Source: Malacoraja senta (lineage: Eukaryota). From it: a DNA stretch of 64,000 bases. The stretch lies in assembly GCA_038087875.1 (NCBI GenBank), contig CM075989.1:18478001-18542000 (forward strand). Direction: 5' to 3'. Below, one piece after another: positions 49,365 through 62,400 of this stretch. The stretch's first letter is position 1. Every line of letters starts with the position of its first letter. Both the position numbers and the translations under genes were made by a program. Under the pieces are notes generated by a model. The model worked only from the letters and a program-made list of their open reading frames with translations, was not told where the DNA came from and made no database searches.

Positions 49365-50907
49365 CCAGAAGTGTAAGACAGATCATAAGATCATAAGGTG
49401 TTTTTATGTTCTTTTTTTTTCTATTTGTAACAAAGGCTTCTGCAATAGTCTTGTATTGAATCTTGTACATCATTAAACGAGAAACATTATTTGTAGGAAC
49501 AGTTAATACAGACTTTTTTTTTTAAGATCATGAGGTCATAAGTGATAGGAGTAGAATTGGCCCATTTGGCCCATCAAGTCAACAGCCATTCAATCATGGC
49601 TGATCTATCTCTCTCCCAACCCCATTCTCCTGTCTTCTGCCCATAACCTCTGACATCCGTACTAATCAAGAATCTATCTATCTCTAACTTAAAAATATTC
49701 ACTGACTTGGCCTCCACAGCTTTATGTGGCAAAGAATTCCGCAGATTCACCACCCTCTGACTAAAGACATTTCTCCTAATTTCCTTCCTGGAAGAATGTC
49801 CTTTAATTCTGAGGCTATGACCTCTTGTCCTAGACTCTCCCACCAGTGGAAACATCCTCTCCACATCCAGGTAGACAGGTAGTGAGTGGAAACAGTAACA
49901 ATTTAATTGCAAGGTGACGCAAGGTCAAGTTGGTGCTCGGTAAATTTTGAATAAATATCAGGAATTTCCATTTCATATAGAGAATGACAAACATTTACTG
50001 ACAGTGTGGCAAACATGCTGGAGGTTAAAAACATCAGATTGAGTTAGAGGATAATTGCATGGTGAATTTATAATGTCTGGTAACTCACTCTGTGAATCCA
50101 ACTTCAATCGAGTGATCCTCCTGAGTGAAATATGTCAAGAAGATGCAAATCTCAAGTGAGTGGGAGTGCAGGGTTTAGATTATCCCCCAACATTTACACA
50201 TTACACAATCTCAAGACACAGCAAAATATCACAGCATACTCTGCAGCAAAAAACATGTTGTTGGCTTGGCACCTTCTTCTATTTATCCATTTTGCAAGAT
50301 CTGGGCATCGCTGGTAAGGATAGTATTTATTACTCATCCTTAATTTATAGTATTTATTACTCATCCTTAATTTTAGTTCCAAGCTGGAAGGTCCTTTTTA
50401 GTTTAGTTTAGTTTAGTTTCGAGATACAGCATGGAAACAGGCCCTTCGGCCCACCGAGTCCGCACCGACCAGCAATCCCTGCACACTAACATTATCCCAC
50501 ACACACTAGGGACAATTTACATTTATACCAAGCCAAATAACCTACAATGGCTTACTCCTGCACCTATTGTCTATTGTCTATTGCCCATCTAAAAGTCTCC
50601 TAAATGCCACTATCGTATCTGCCTCAACCACCACCCCAGGCTGCAATTTCCAGGCACTCACCACCCTTGATGTTAAAAAATGGACCCACAAATCTATATA
50701 TTATCTATATCTATATAATTAAAAGTCTCATCTTGACCACTTCCTGTCTGCGCTGTATATTGATTTTAGAAGAAACGCTACCCTGCATCGATGTGATTTT
50801 TGGCCATCTTACTCACAGTCCTCCCCCGCTGAGCCAGCCCTGAGGATTTTTCCCATCGATGAAAAATAAAAAAATTATGAGTGATTAAAAAACCTTGAGA
50901 TCAGCTG

Positions 50908-51069
50908 ATTGGTCCTCTCGCCTGTCAATCACCACAATGAAGGTAACGCCCCTTCTGGGGGGGCGGGACTATAAAACCCCGGATGAGTGGACGTGAGTCA
51001 GTCACTCTGAAAGATCGCGAGAGAGAGGCCACAACTCTGATTCTGCTGTGAGTCTACTGAACTGTGAGT
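50908..51069 (+). promoter_or_regulatory. Putative Pol II core promoter and splice donors within the Helitron
   Basis: ATTGG (reverse CCAAT) 50908-12; GGGGCGGG 50960-67; TATAAAA 50970-76; Inr-like TCAGT with A at 51000; GTGAGT at 51048 and 51064. Confidence 0.5.
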
Positions 51070-51129
51070 CTACCCTTTAAGTGCTTTATGTGGCTTATGT
51101 GGTTATGTGCTTTATGTGGTTAATCCTTT

Positions 51130-51372
51130 ATGTGCTTACAATAAATGATTTGTTAGCCAGCAATGTGCTTGCAATGAATGATGATTTGTTAACCCTTAAT
51201 GTGCTTGTAATAAATGATTTGTTAGCCAGCAATGTGCTTGCAATGAATGATGATTTGTTAACCCTTAATGTGCTTGCAATAAATGATTTGTTGGCCAGCA
51301 ATGTGATTGCAATGAATGATGATTTGTTAACCCTTAATGTTCTTGAAATAAATGATTTGTTAGCCCTTAATG
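51130..51372. repeat. 69-bp (33+36) minisatellite, ~3.5 units, inside the Helitron
   Basis: TGTGCTTGCAATAAATGATTTGTTAGCCAGCAA + TGTGCTTGCAATGAATGATGATTTGTTAACCCTTAA. Confidence 0.9.
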
Positions 51373-51800
51373 AAATGAAATTAGTTGTTTGGCCTGCCCT
51401 TTGCTTTGCTTTGCTTTTGCTTTGCTTGACCTCACCTGAAATGAAAACAAATGGATTGTATTGTTGGCTGGCCCCACCTGCCCTGTGCTTTTGCATTTGC
51501 TTTGCCCTTCCTTTGCTTGACCTCACCTGAAATGAAAGCAAATGGATTGTATTGTTGGCTGGCACCGCCTGCCCTGTGCTTGACTTGACTTGACTTGAAA
51601 TGGATTGACTTGACACAAAATGGATTGAAATGGATTGTTGGCCCTGCACTCACTGTGCTTGACTTGACTTGACCCACAACACCCATGCTATTGCTCCAGA
51701 ACCCCCCCCCCCCTCCCCACTGGCTATCAATATTGGAATTGGTGGAGAAGTGGAATATTGCATTGGGGACCTGGGACCCAACGGGTCCCACTTAGTCTAG

Positions 51801-52483
51801 TATATTACTAAAACTCTCATCTTGTTTGTTTGTATGCGTATGTGATCCTGAAACTATGCCAAAATGGTACATGATAGCACTGCAATTTCTGGCCCACCTT
51901 ACTCACCATTGTCCTGCAGTTGGCATCAGCAAGTTTCGTTCAGATTGATTTTATATTTTACAAGTTATTGACATTTTAATCTTTAAAAAAACACTTTTCC
52001 ACTTGCCGTTCCATCTGTTTCCGAAACTCTGTCAAAACAGTACACAATAGTGCTACAATTTTAGGCCTACTGTACTCACCATTGTCCTGCATTGTGCATT
52101 AGTCAAGTTTCGTTCAGATTGATGTTATATTTTACAAGTTATTGACATTTAAATCTTAATTAACAAAACAGCGCCCTCACTTGCCGCTCACGCCTGTGCA
52201 GTTGGGGGAGGGTTCTCATGCATGTCACAACGAAGATCTCTGGCGTCACGACGGGAACCCGTCAGCCCGCCTGCGCATTTGGGGCCTTGCTGATTTTCAG
52301 TTCGCCATTTTTTTTCCTTTCCCATGTACTTGCCAGGCCTCACAATGGGGACTCAATGGTTCCACGGGTAAGTTTCGCTCTATTCTACAAAGGCCTCCAC
52401 GGGTCCTCCATTCACTTTATTACCTTTCACTTAATATCTGCCGTCAACGGCAAAACTTTCAACGTGGCAATCACTCCTGTGCA

Positions 52484-52490
<7 letters not shown>
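51801..52490 (+). mobile_element. Second Helitron-like element (5' portion) with internal ~175-bp-period duplication
   Basis: TATATTACTAAAACTCTCATCTTG parallels the first element's TATAATTAAAAGTCTCATCTTG; 51847-51981 is repeated at 52021-52155. No 3' CTAG found. Confidence 0.6.
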
Positions 52491-52491
<1 letters not shown>

Positions 52492-52525
<34 letters not shown>

Positions 52526-52546
52526 GAGAGAGAGAGAGAGAGAGAG
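52492..52546. repeat. (GA)n microsatellite
   Basis: Directly visible. Confidence 0.97.
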
Positions 52547-53264
52547 ATACATATAACGAGAAATGTTCAGACTAATTAACTTACCACACATCATTGGGAT
52601 GTGGGAGGAAACCGGAGCACCCGGTGGAAAACCATGCGGTCACAGGGAGAACACGCAAACTCCACACAGACAGCACCTGAGGTCAGGATCGTTCCCGGGT
52701 CTCTGGATCTGTGAGGCAGGGTTTCTTACAAGCAGTTGGGCCAGGTGAAAAGGGAGAAACAGAGTTAATGCTTCAGTTCTAATATTTCACCAGAACATTG
52801 AAAATGATGGAATGAAACCTAAATCAATACAAATCCATGTAGTAATCACATTTCCAGGACAAATGGCAATGCTCACTCACTGCCCTAACAGCCTCCTTTG
52901 AGAAATATATCAAGTAATTGTAGCTAATTGCAAGCTGAACATGCAGCATTAGAAGAAAATATACTGTCCAAGACTGTTTTGAATATTTAAGGTAATGGCA
53001 GCTGTTAGCTGATTAATATTCTTCGAAGAAAATAATGACTGTGCAAAGATCTCAGCAGGTTACAAAGGCTGGTTCATAGGTAACAGCTCCAGGAGTGGTT
53101 ACTAGCCAATAATAAACGTCCCACCGTGCATAGTTATGGCTTGGGATTTTAGCTGACTTGAATTATTCGTAAAGCAGCTGTTTTATATCTGTGATTTTGT
53201 TTGTTCAGCCAACGCGACCACGCTGCCGGCTCTTGAGGGTCTGAGCTGTGGGGAGAGTTTCATT

Positions 53265-53650
53265 TTTTTAGTTTAGTTTGGAGATACAGCGCGGAAACAG
53301 CCCTTTGGTCCACCAAGTCCGCGCCGACCAGCGATCCCCGCACATTAACACTACCCTATGCGCACTAGGGACAATTTACATTTATACCAAGCCAATTAGC
53401 CTGCAAACCTGTGCGTCTTTGGAGTGTGGGAGAGAACCGGAGATCACGGAGAAAACCCACGCAGGTCACGGGGGAAAGGTTTGCAAGAGAGGGTTAGATT
53501 TAGCTCTTAGGGCCAAAGGAATCAAGGGACATGGGGAAAAAGCCGGAATGGGGTACTGATTCCAGATGATCAGCCATGATCATATTGAATGGCGGTGCTG
53601 GCTCGAAGGGCTGAATGGCCTACTCCTGCACCTACTTTCCTATGTTCTAC
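53265..53650. mobile_element. HE1 SINE (-) abutting a CR1 3' end (+)
   Basis: SINE motifs at 53265-53475; CR1 3' UTR at 53485-53650. Confidence 0.8.
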
Positions 53651-54032
53651 ATTGACCACAGCACAATGACCTAATGACCTGTGACTTAGTGTCATGGAGT
53701 CATACACCATGGAAAAAGCACTTCTGCTCACAAAGGCCAATGTAATTGAGAATCAGAGAATATGTAAAATATATACAAATGGTTGAAATTAACTTAACCA
53801 AATTATAACAGTAAATTTAAATCATACTTTAAACTGTTGTCAATCAGTTGAAGGCATAAATATACAAAGATAAAGATAAATTGCCTAAAGATGCTTGCCT
53901 TTGTGGCTGAGCTCCAATCTCCTGTCAGTCCATCGCATTTAGCAGTAAAAACTACAAAGGAAAAAATGTAAATACGTACAATATTTTTAGGGACAATCAT
54001 CTCAACAGAGAAACTAACATTCTACATGATCT

Positions 54033-54246
54033 GTGTAGGAAGGAACTGCAGATGCTGGTTTAATCCGAAGATAGACACAAAATGCTGGAGTAACTCAGCG
54101 GGACAGGCAGCATCTCTGGAGGGAAGGAATGGGTGACGTTTCAGGTCTAGACGCTCCTGAAGAAGGGTCTCGACCCGAAACATCACCCATTCCGTCTCTC
54201 CAGAGATGCTGCCTGTCCCGCTGAGTTACTCCAGCATTTTGAGTCT
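54033..54246. mobile_element. Palindromic Penelope mini-element with 14-bp TSD, followed by a PLE EN remnant (54261-54480)
   Basis: ATTCTACATGATCT at 54019-54032 and 54247-54260; hammerhead-like core at 54157-54184. Confidence 0.85.
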
Positions 54247-55356
54247 ATTCTACATGATCTCCTGGATGCCGAACATTTTAACTCCCCTTCCCATTCCCAC
54301 GCAGATCTTTCTGTCCTGGGCCTCCTCCGATGTCAGAGTGAGGCCACATGGAAATTAGAGGAACTGCACCTCTTATTCCGCTTGGCCAGCTTACAACCCA
54401 GTGGTATGAACGTTGATTTCTACAATTTCAACCCCTGCATTCCCTCTCTCCCTCCCATCCCCCATCTTAGTCGTCCTACCAGTTCCCCTATTCGCATCCT
54501 TGTATCACCTCTTCCCCAGCCAACAAGCGGCCATTATTTGCATCCACCCTTCCTTGGTCATGAATATTCATTGCCATCTTCATTGCTCGCACCAAGGATA
54601 GCGTAGAAACATAGAAAATAGTTTCAGGAGTCGGCCATTCAGCCCTTTGAGCCAGGACCACCATTCAATGTGATCATGGCTGATCTTCCTAAATCAATAC
54701 CCCATTCCTGCTTTCTCCCCATATCCCTTGATTCCGTTAGCCCTAAGAACTATATCTAACTCTCTCTTGAAAAGATCCAGTGAATTGGCCTCCACTGCCT
54801 TCTGTGGCAGAGAATTCCACCGATTCACAACTCTCCGGGTGAAAAAGTTTTTCCGCATCTCAGTCCTGATATTATTATCATCTCCACAAGATTCAGCGAA
54901 GTTGACAGTGTTTCTGCCTTATTGTTATGTTACTCAGTGTTAGCCCTCATGCATCTCAGCTCCCAGAATGTGGCAGGGTGTAGATTTGAGCATTCCTGTG
55001 TGAGCTCACTTTAAAAAGCGAGGAAATTAAGTTTCACGAGCTACACAATCAATGAACAAAGAGCAAATTAAACCACGTAATGTCTCTTGAAAATGAGACA
55101 GCACCAGTCAAGATGAGTTAGACAAACTGACCACATTGGTTAAAAGAAGGGAAATGGATCTTAAAATGGTACGTGAAGTAATGAACATTGATTCAGGAGG
55201 AGGCTAGTCTGTTTACAACAAGACCACGTCTATTATCAGAGGTGGAAAAGTAACATGAGCAGGATGTGATTATCCAATCAATGTGAACCCACAATTAACA
55301 CTGAGCAAAACTGGAGATGTGTGGACTTCCCCTGCCTTCATTTAACTACAGCAATA

Positions 55357-55910
55357 AAGAACTGCGCATGCTGGTCAAAGATAGACACAATGCTGGAGTA
55401 ACTCAGCGGGACAGGCAGCATCTGTGGAGAGAAGGAATAGGTGCCGTTTCGGGTCGAGACTTTGGAGAAGAAGCGTCTCGACCCGAAACGCCACCCATTC
55501 CTTCTCTCCAGAGATGATGCCTCTCCCGCTGAGTTACTCCAGCATTTTGTATCTATCTTCAGATTAAACCAGCATCTGCAGTTCCTTCCTACACAGATCA
55601 TGTAGAATGTTATTCTCTGTTGAGATGGTTGTCACTAAAAATATTGTACGTATTTACATTTTTTCCTTTGTAGTTTTTACTGCTATATGCGATGGACTGA
55701 CAGGAGCTTGGAGCTCAGCCACAAAGGCAAGCATCTTTAGGCAATTTATCTTTATCTTTGTATATTTATGCTTTCAACTGATTGACTGCAGTTTAAAGTT
55801 TCTGGTCGAGACGTTAGAGAGGCAGTGTCTCGAGCCGAAACGTCACCCATTCCTTCTCTCCAGAGATGCTGCCTGTCCCACTGACTTACTCCAGCATTTT
55901 TTATCTTTCG
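55357..55910. mobile_element. Composite Penelope insertion: inverted pLTR + pLTR + ~205 bp copied flank + pLTR
   Basis: 55472-55799 is the reverse complement of 53826-54155. Confidence 0.8.
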
Positions 55911-56811
55911 CATTTAATTGCAGATTAATTTAGCTCCCTTTAAAAGGAAGCCGGATGAACATCCAGGAAGGATGAAGGCAAAAGTAACCAACGTAGGCTG
56001 TGCAAATGCAAGGGTTCTGGTGTAATTGGGTCAATGAATGATACTGGCCTGATTTTGTGCTTATAAATAGAGTTTTGCACATGCACAATTACGTGTGTTG
56101 GACCAGGAGTTGGTGCGACTCTAATGTGTTCACACTCTATGTGCCTCTGCATCTGTTCAAGGTGTTTCCCAATGAATCTTGCTGTAAAATATCTTGACCT
56201 TGTCACACTTCATTACTTGGGTTAAAATGAGACTTTAATGGCATACTAATCCATATGTACTACTTGGCAACTTAACATTTTTAAGTAAAAAAATAATGTT
56301 ACAAGTTTGTATCGCAATTTTCTCAATAACCCACTAGTGAAAGGATCCCGGTGCATATTTGAACAACTATTTGGAAATTTAATGGATTTTAAAATTTAAC
56401 GGTTCATTATTTTTAAGTTTATGATGTTTCAGCTACTTTAAGCTGTTTTTTTGTGAGTTTGAATCTTGAATTGTACTCTGGAGTCAAGTAGAGTTTGAAA
56501 TTGTGGATTTTTTGCCATTTGTGAAAATTATTAAATTTGATTTGTTTCTTAGCCAGCTTGATGAGTTTATTGTTGGGTGCCAGGGGTCCAATTGAACTCT
56601 CAACAGGCAAAAAAAGTCTGTAGCCTCCTTTTGCTCTGGTATTTTATTTCATTCTTCACATGTTTAAATTATAATGTTTTATTTTTAATTGTCTACTGTA
56701 TATCGTCTTGTTCCTTGTGAGCAAAGCACCAAGGCAAATTCCTTGTATGTATACATACTTGGATAATAAAATGTATTCAATTCAATTCAATTCAATTTGG
56801 CGAGACCACTC

Positions 56812-57385
56812 CAGGTGAGACCACACCTGGAGTATTGCGTACAGTTTTGGTCTCCTATTCCGAGGAAAGACATTCTTGCCATAGAGGGAGTACAGAGAAG
56901 GTTCACCAGACTGATTCCTGCGATGGCAGGACTTTCATATGAAGAAAGACTGGATAGACTCGGCTTGTACTCGCTAGAATTTAGACGATTGAGGGGGGAT
57001 CTTATAGAAACGTACAAAATTCTTAAGGGGTTGGACAGGCTAGATGCAGGAAGATTGTTCCCGATGTTGGGGAAGTCCAGAACAAGGGGTCACAGTTTAA
57101 GGATAAGGGGGAAGTCTTTTAGGACCGAGATGAGAATTATTTTTTTCACTCAGAGAGTGGTGAGTCTGTGGAATTCTCTGCCACAGAAAGTAGTTGAGGC
57201 CAGTTCATTGGCTATATTTAAGAGAGAGTTAGATGTGGCCCTTGTGGCTAAAGGGATCAGGGGGTATGGAGAGAAGGCAGGTACAGGATACTGAGTTGGA
57301 TGATCAGCCATGAACATATTGAATGGCGGTGCAGGCTTGCAGGGCCGAATGGCCTATTCCTGCACCTATTTTCTATGTTTCTACG
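56812..57385 (+). mobile_element. CR1/HER1 LINE 3' fragment (low divergence)
   Basis: Open frame VRPHLEYCVQFWSP..GIRGYGEKAGTGY* plus 3' UTR. Confidence 0.95.
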
Positions 57386-59462
57386 TTTCTAATCCAATTC
57401 AAGAACAAAAGCAGCCAGAATTGGGACTTGTCGAGGAAAAAAACATGGAGAAAAAAGAGGCTGGAGATGCTGTCATTTGGAGGAAAAACTCAGCTGGAAG
57501 AAGGCAACAGGTCAGGCACCACCTGTGGTTGCCACTTTGAATCCTGATGCAGGATCTTGACCTGAAATGTTGATCGTTCCTCTGCCTCCATAGATGCTGA
57601 GTTCCTCTAATAATTGTGTTATGTTTTAATTATCTGTGAAAGACATGACTTAAAGATTGATGGATTTTGGGGATTGGCTGTAAGTGTCACCCCTTTACCT
57701 CCGGTGTAGGCTGAAAGGAGAAAATGATACAAAAAGCTGGAGTAACTCAACGGGTCAAGGAACAGGTGACGTTTAGGGTCAAGACCCTGCTTCAAGACAG
57801 TATGTCTGGCCCGCTGAGTTACCCCAGCTTTTTGTGTCTATCTTCGATTTAAAGCAGCATCTGCAGTTCCTTCCTACACAGGAGAGTTTGATATCCTGGT
57901 TTTATCACATTGCAATCACTAACTGTTGGTGAGCATTTCACAATGTTTAGTTTAGAGATAGAGTGTGGAAACAGGCCCTTCGGCCCCTTGAGTCCACACT
58001 GACCATCAATCACCCATACACTAGTTCTATGTTATCCCACTTTCGCATACTACACTCTTGGGGACAATTTACCGATGACAATTAACCCGCACGTCTCTTT
58101 GGAATGTGGAAGGAAACTGAAGCACCCGGAGGAAATCCATGCAGTCTCAGAGAGCGGACAATCTCTGCACAGACAGCACCAATAGTCGGGATCAAACCTT
58201 GGTCTCTGGTGCTAATGAAGAGCAAATCTTCCTGCAATGCTCTGGCCCTTGTGTGAATGTTGACCAATTCTTGCTGAATGCTGCTACTGACTTTAGATTT
58301 TATTTTAGAGATACAGTGCGGAAACAGACCCTTTGGCCCACTGAGTCTGTGCTGGCCAGCGTCACCCTGTACACTAGCACTATTCCACACACTAGGGACA
58401 ATTTTACCAAAGCCACTTAACCTACAAGCCTGTACATTTTTAGAGTGAGGTGAGGAAACCAGAGCACCCGGAGATGTACTGGGTGATTGCTGGTTGGTGT
58501 GGACTCAGAAGGCCAAAGGGCCTGGTTCCACACTGTATCCAAAGTATCTGAAGGGTTTTCATAATTAAAGGAGCAGAATTGGACCATTCGGCCCATCAAG
58601 TCTACTCCACCATTCAATCATGGCTGATCTATCTCTCCCTCTTAACCCCATTCACCTGCATTCTCCCTTTAACCCGTGACACCCGTACTAATCAAGAATC
58701 TATCGCTGTCTTAAAAATATCCATCAACTTGGCCTCCACAGCCTTCTGTGGCAATGAATTGCACAGATTTACCATCCTTTTGGGTTGGGTTTTGGGTTGG
58801 AAGACTTTCTGTCCTTCTGATGGGAACAGGCTTGTTTCGCAACATACACAAGATGGTGTGGAAAAGACCAACTACCGCTGAGCCTGTCCCAAAACACATC
58901 GCTCCTATTAGTGTTCCCTTTCGCCAGCAAGCAGACACAAGCAAAAAAGAGACCTTGCGTCAAAACCTGGATTGATTCAAGAAATTAAATCTGGCTAATT
59001 CCTTTCCAATATCAATACAAACCTCGTTTCAGGAAATCAATAGCCATGAAATAATCCTCTGTATCCGGACTTATTTAGATGTATCTACAGTACTTGCTGT
59101 AGCTGCAGCCGTCACTAGAATGGTGGCGGGAACCAACACAGTTTGTCTCTGTCTCTGTAGTGAATACATTACAAGATTCACAAATGTTTACTTGTCATTT
59201 ATACTGTAATGGCACGATGAAATCCTTGCTTGCAGCAGCACAGCAGGTTTGTAAACATAGCAGTTAATAGATAACGATAGACAAACACAAGTTCAATAAA
59301 ACAGTGCAAAAGAAAATGAACTCCCTATTTCAACCAAGATGGCTGGTAGTTTAATCTTTAGTAGGAGTACATGGTGTTCAATAGTCTGAAGATAGGCACA
59401 ACATTCTGGAGTAACTCAGCGGGTCAGGCAGCATTTCTGGAGAAAAGGAATAGGTGACGTTT

Positions 59463-62400
59463 AAACATAGACATAGAAAATAGGTGCAGGAGTAGGCCAT
59501 ATCGAGCCTGCACCGCCATTCAATATGATCATGGCTGATCATCCAACTCAGTATCCTGTACCTGCTTTCTCTCCATACCCCCTGATCCCTTTAGCCACAT
59601 CTAACTCCCTCTTAAATATAGCCAATGAACTGGCCTCAACTACATTCTGTGGCAGAGAATTCCAGAGATTCACCACTCTCTGTGTAAAAAATGTTTTTCT
59701 CATCTCAGTCCTAAAATATTTCCTCTTTATCCTTAAACTGTGACCCCTTGTTCTGGACTCCCCCAACATCGGGAACAATCTTCCTGCATCAAGCCTGTCC
59801 AACCCCTTAAGAATTTTGTAAGTTTCTATAAGATCCCCCCTCAGTCTTCTAAATTCTAGCAATTACAAGCCGAGTCTATCCAGTCTTTCTTCATATGAAA
59901 GTCCTGACATCCCAGGAATCAGTCTGGTGAACCTTCTCTGTACTCCCTCTATGGCAAGAATGTCCTTCCTCAGATTAGGAGACCAAAACTGTACGCAATA
60001 CTCCAGGTGTGGTCTCACCAAGACCCTGTACAACTGCAGTAGAACCTCCTTGCTCCTATACTCAAATCCTTTTGCTATGAATGCTAACATACCATTCACT
60101 TTCTTCACTGCCTGCTGCACCTGCATGCCCACTTTCAATGACTGGTGTACCATGACACCCAGGTCTCGTTGCATCTCCCCTTTTTCTAATCGGCCACCAT
60201 TCAGGTAATAGTCTACTTTCCTGTTTTGCCACCAAAGTGGATAACCTCACATTTATCCACATGATACTGCATCTGCCATGTATTTGCCCACTCACCCAGC
60301 CTATCCAAGTCATCTTGCAGCCTCCTAGCACCCTCCTCACAGCTAACACTGCCCCCCAGCTTCGTGTCATCCGCAAACTTGGAGATGTTGCATTCAATTC
60401 CCTCGTCCAGATCATTAATATATATTGTAAATAGCTGAGGTCCCAGCACTGACCCTTGCGGTACCCCACTAGTCACTGCCTGCCATTCTGAAAAGGACCC
60501 GTTTACTCCTACTCTTTGCTTCCTCTGCCAGCCAGTTCTCTATCCACATCAATACTGAACCCCCAATACCGTGTGCTTTAAGTTTGTATATTAATCTCTT
60601 ATGTGGGACCTTGTCAAAAGCCTTCTGAAAGTCCAGATATAACACATCCACTGGTTCTCCCTTATCCACTCTACTAGTTACATCCTCGAAAAATTCTATA
60701 AGATTCGTCAGACATCATTTACCTTTCATAAATCCATGCTGACTTTGTCCAATGATTTCACCATTTTCCAAATGTGTTGCTATCCCATCTTTAATAACTG
60801 ACTCTAGCAGTTTCCCCACTACCGACGTTAGACTAACTGGTCTGTAATTCCCCGTTTTCTCTCTCCCTCCCTTTTTAAAATGTGGGGTTACATTAGCTAC
60901 CCTCCAATCATCAGGAACTACTCCAGAATCTAAAGAGTTTTGAAAAATTATCACTAATGCATCCACTATTTCTGGGGCTACTTCCTTAAGTACTCTGGGA
61001 TGCAGCCTATCTGGCCCTAGGGATTTATCGGTCTTTAATCCATTCAATTTACCTAACACCACTTCCTGGCTAACCTGGATTTCCCTCAGTTCCTCCATCT
61101 CCTTTGACCCCTGCTATTTCCAGCAGATTAATTAAGTCTTCCTTAGTGAAGACAGAACCAAAGTAGTTATTCAATTGGTCTGCCATGTCCTTGTTCCCCA
61201 TGATCAGTTCACCTGTTTCTAACTGCAAGGGACCTACATTTGTTTTAACTAATCTTTTTCTCTTGACATATCTATAAAAACTTTTGCAGTCAGTTTTTAT
61301 GTTCCCTGCCAGTTTTCTTTCATAATCTATTTTCCCTTTCCTAATTATACCCTTTGTCCTCCTCTGCTGGACTCTGAATTTCTCCCAGTCCTCTGGTAGG
61401 CTGCTTTTTCTGGCTAATTTGTATGCTTCATCTTTTGTTTTGATACTATCCCTGATTTCTCTTGTTATCCACGGATGCACTACCTTCCCTGATTTATTCT
61501 TTTGCCAAACTGGGATGAACAATTGTTGTAGTTCATCCATGCAGCCTTTAAATGCCTTCCATTGCATATCCTCCGTCAACCCTTTAAGAATCAATTGCCA
61601 GTCAATCTTGGCCAATTCACGTCTCATACTCTCAAAGTTACCTTTCTTTAAGTTCAGAACCCTTGTTTCTGAATTAATTATGTCACTCTCCATCCTAATG
61701 AAGAACTCAACCAAAGTATGGTCACTCTTGCCCAAGGGGCCATGCACAACAAGCCTGCTAACTAACCCTTCCTCATTACTCAATACCCAGTCTAGAATAG
61801 CCTGCTCTCTCGTTGGTTCCTCTACATGTTGATTTAGAAAACTATTCCGCATACATTCCAAGAAATCCTCTTCCTCAGCACCCCAGCCAATTTGATTCAC
61901 CCAATCTATATGTAGATTGAAGTCACCCATTATAACTGTTTTACCTTTGTTGCACGCATTTCTAATTTCCTGTTTGATGCCATCCCCAACTCCACTACTA
62001 CTGTTAGGTGGCCTGTACAAAACTCCCACTAGCGTTTTCTGCCCCTTAGTGTTTCGCAGCTCTACCCATATCGATTCCACATCCTCCAAGCTAATGTCCT
62101 TCCTTTCTATTGCGTTAATCTCCTCTCTAACCAGCAACGCTACCCCACCTCCTTTTCCTTTCTGTCTATCCCTCCTGAATATTGACTATCCCTGGATGTT
62201 CAGCTCCCAGCCTTGGTTACCCTGAAGCCATGTCTCTGTGAACCCAACTATATCATAGTCATTAATAGCTATCTGCACATTCAACTCATCTACCTTATTA
62301 TGAATGCTCCTTGCATTGAGACACAAAGCCTTCAGGCTTGTTTTTACAACACTCTTACCCCTTATACAATTATGTTGAAAAATGGCCATTTTTGATTTTT

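Larger units (their letters stand above)
50704..51800 (+). mobile_element. Non-autonomous Helitron (~1.1 kb)
   Basis: 5' A|TCTATA..TATAATTAAAAGTCTC; 3' hairpin TGGGACCC-AAC-GGGTCCCA (51772-51790), then CTAG|T; internal minisatellites. Confidence 0.85.

Noticed and set aside
51081..51649. Repetitive 149- and 173-aa ORFs; CRISPR-like appearance
   Set aside because: A 69-bp minisatellite inside a Helitron. There are no unique spacers or cas genes, and the context is eukaryotic.
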